Shown here: one piece after another, positions 62,396-64,000 of the stretch
Layout of the letters: the number at the start of each line of letters is the position of its first letter
How positions within the stretch are numbered: position 1 is the first letter of the stretch
Source: Naegleria gruberi
Lineage: Eukaryota
Assembly (NCBI GenBank): GCA_000004985.1
Contig: GG738875.1
Strand: one strand, 5' to 3'
DNA length: 64,000 bases
The notes under the pieces: model-generated
What the model saw: only the letters and a program-made list of their open reading frames with translations
What the model was told of the DNA's origin: nothing
Databases searched by the model: none
Position numbers and translations under genes: made by a program

Positions 62396-64000
62396 ATGAG
62401 AGAAGATACAACTGAGAATTACAGTGAGGATGCCTTTATTGGTCATACATCGCTGTCAAATCTTCATCTTGTACTTCAAAATATATTTCTTCCATTCTTA
62501 TCAGATCAAAACGGACAAGAGGATGAAAATAATAATACAAACAATCAAAAATATGGTGAAACCTTACAAAATATACATACCCTAAATTCTGATTTCATAT
62601 CACATTTGAAAAAGTTTAGTGGACAAGTTGGATATACAGTTAAACAACTCTCTGGAGAAGTATTGATTGATTTACCGGAAGTGCATTTGGATGATCCCAA
62701 GACAGCAGCAGAGGATGAACATGTAAGTTTTTTATTTGATACTTGATGAGCTAATTATTAATACAATTAGATTGTTCAAAAATTGGAAGCATGCCTTAGT
62801 AGTTGGACTCAATCTATTAACTCCCTTTTAGAAAAGGTTGTGAATCAAGAAAGAGAAGGAGAGGTAAGCATTATTTGAAATTAAAATTCTAAAAAAATGA
62901 TTTAAAAAGGGACCTCTCTCCGAAATTGATTATTGGAGAACAAGACACGCTTCACTAGGAACAATTTGGGAATCACTAAATAGTAAAACTGTAAAGAATG
63001 CTATAGAAGTGCTCCGAATTTATGATGCACAATTATTACCTGGTTTTGATGACCAATTTCAAGAATTAACTAAATTATACATGGAAGCAAAGGAAAATGT
63101 AAAGTTTTTACAAACTCTTGAACGTCACTTTAAAAACATTTCACAAGCAAGAGGTTCATTAACACCAATTTCCGATACACTTCCTTCTATGATGAATGCC
63201 ATCAGAATGGTTTGGGTAATTAGTAGATATTATAATACAGACAAGAGAATGATACCTCTTATGGAATTAATTGCTCAAGAAATTTGCTTGAAAGTATCAC
63301 AATATATTAACCTAGAGACTAGTTTAGATGTAAATAATATTTTTAATAATCCGTACAAGTTAGCAGAAAGACTTCAAGAGGGAGCTGAAGTTTTACAAAA
63401 ATGGAAAACTGTATGTTTAAAAATTTAAATTTATTTATTAATATTGCTCTAGACCTACTTCCATGTAAGAGAAAAAATAGAAAATACAAGTAAGGATGAA
63501 CGTTGGCATTTTGAAAAGGACTCACTTTTTGAACAATCTGATTACATGTCAGAAAGATGTTACGAGTTGAAAGAATTAGCAATTTTTATTGGAAGATATA
63601 AATCATTTTTAGGTCCAGAATTGAGAAGTATGTTTTTAATTCTATCATTTTTTTAAATTTTATTTTAATCCATTAGATATTACTGGTGAAAGTGGTATTG
63701 ATGAAATTTTGGATAGATTGAAAGATCTTGTTACACCATTCCAACAAAATGCTAATTTAATTTTTAATAGAAATGCACAAATGAAGTGGATTGAAATATT
63801 TAAACAATTTAAAGAAAATTCAGAGGAAATTAAAATACAAACCAACTCATTTATTGATAAGAGTTTCAAGAAATTGAGATCAGCAGAGGGTGCCTTTAGG
63901 CTTTTACAAGATGTTAGAAAGATTCACAGCCAAGACAAAGACTCTATAAATCAAAAGATGATGCTCAAGTCGATAGATATTCTTGAAAGATATGGAGAAG
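62396..64000 (+). CDS. Second dynein heavy chain gene, N-terminal (DHC_N1) region, 3'-truncated by window edge; join(62396..62722,62771..62863,62910..63410,63453..63627,63677..>64000)
   Basis: Spliced product …GPLSEIDYWRTRHASLGTIWESL…IEVLRIYDAQLLPGFDDQFQELTKLYMEAKENVKFLQTLERHFKNI…MNAIRMVWVISRYYNTDKRMIPLMELIAQEI…TYFHVREKIENTSKDERWHFEKDSLFEQSDYMSERCYEL… is the conserved dynein heavy chain N-terminal region 1. Four introns of 42-49 nt: GTAAGT, GTAAGC, GTATGT, GTATGT donors with TTAG/AAAG/CTAG/TTAG acceptors. All frames are consistent. ATG at 62396 after an A-rich leader. Confidence 0.8.

Noticed and set aside
1-64000. Ciliate (TAA/TAG=Gln) or other non-standard genetic code
   Set aside because: Multi-kb conserved ORFs terminate at TAA or TGA exactly where homologues end (for example dyskerin, MPP-beta, EMC3). 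Read-through is unnecessary, so standard code.
1-64000. Prokaryotic or phage features (operons with RBS, CRISPR arrays, integrases, tRNA/rRNA genes)
   Set aside because: The genes are eukaryotic (dynein, SNARE, MAPKK, RBR E3, importin-like), are interrupted by GT-AG introns, and no direct-repeat arrays or tRNA-like A/B-box structures were seen.

Overview
This window is eukaryotic nuclear DNA, not prokaryotic. It is AT-rich (roughly one-third GC by eye) and extremely gene-dense, with about 30 protein-coding genes on both strands in 64 kb.

- **Coding and splicing.** Coding uses the standard genetic code, shown by uninterrupted ORFs of up to 13.5 kb ending in TAA or TGA. I recognised 20 canonical GT-AG spliceosomal introns, all tiny (31-74 nt), AT-rich, mostly GTAAGT or GTATGT at the 5' end and a YAG 3' end. 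A further 32-nt non-AT-rich GT-AG element in the Rab escort protein (REP) gene is a candidate only.
- **Gene content.** Housekeeping genes: an LSD1-type demethylase, Rab escort protein, a ZnT zinc transporter, an LPAAT acyltransferase, USP14, a MAPKK, EMC3, DGAT1, a syntaxin, MPP-beta, dyskerin, KTI12, ARIH1 and a SEL1L/Hrd3-like protein. Ciliary genes: a 4500-aa intronless outer-arm axonemal dynein heavy chain, a second intron-rich dynein heavy chain that runs off the 3' end of the window, and an ODF3/SHIPPO-like PG-repeat protein.
- **Organism.** It is therefore a flagellated or ciliated, compact-genome eukaryote. The style is reminiscent of an amoeboflagellate such as Naegleria, but the organism cannot be determined from sequence alone.
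- **Not found.** No rRNA, tRNA, CRISPR or obvious mobile elements.
- **ORF-track caveats.** Several ORFs in the track are headed by TTG or GTG (translated as M) instead of a real ATG. In-frame AT-rich introns are read through as pseudo-coding sequence. Multi-exon genes are split into separate ORFs. Dozens of antisense ORFs inside the dynein gene are spurious.

All homology calls are from my own recognition of conserved motifs, not from database searches.
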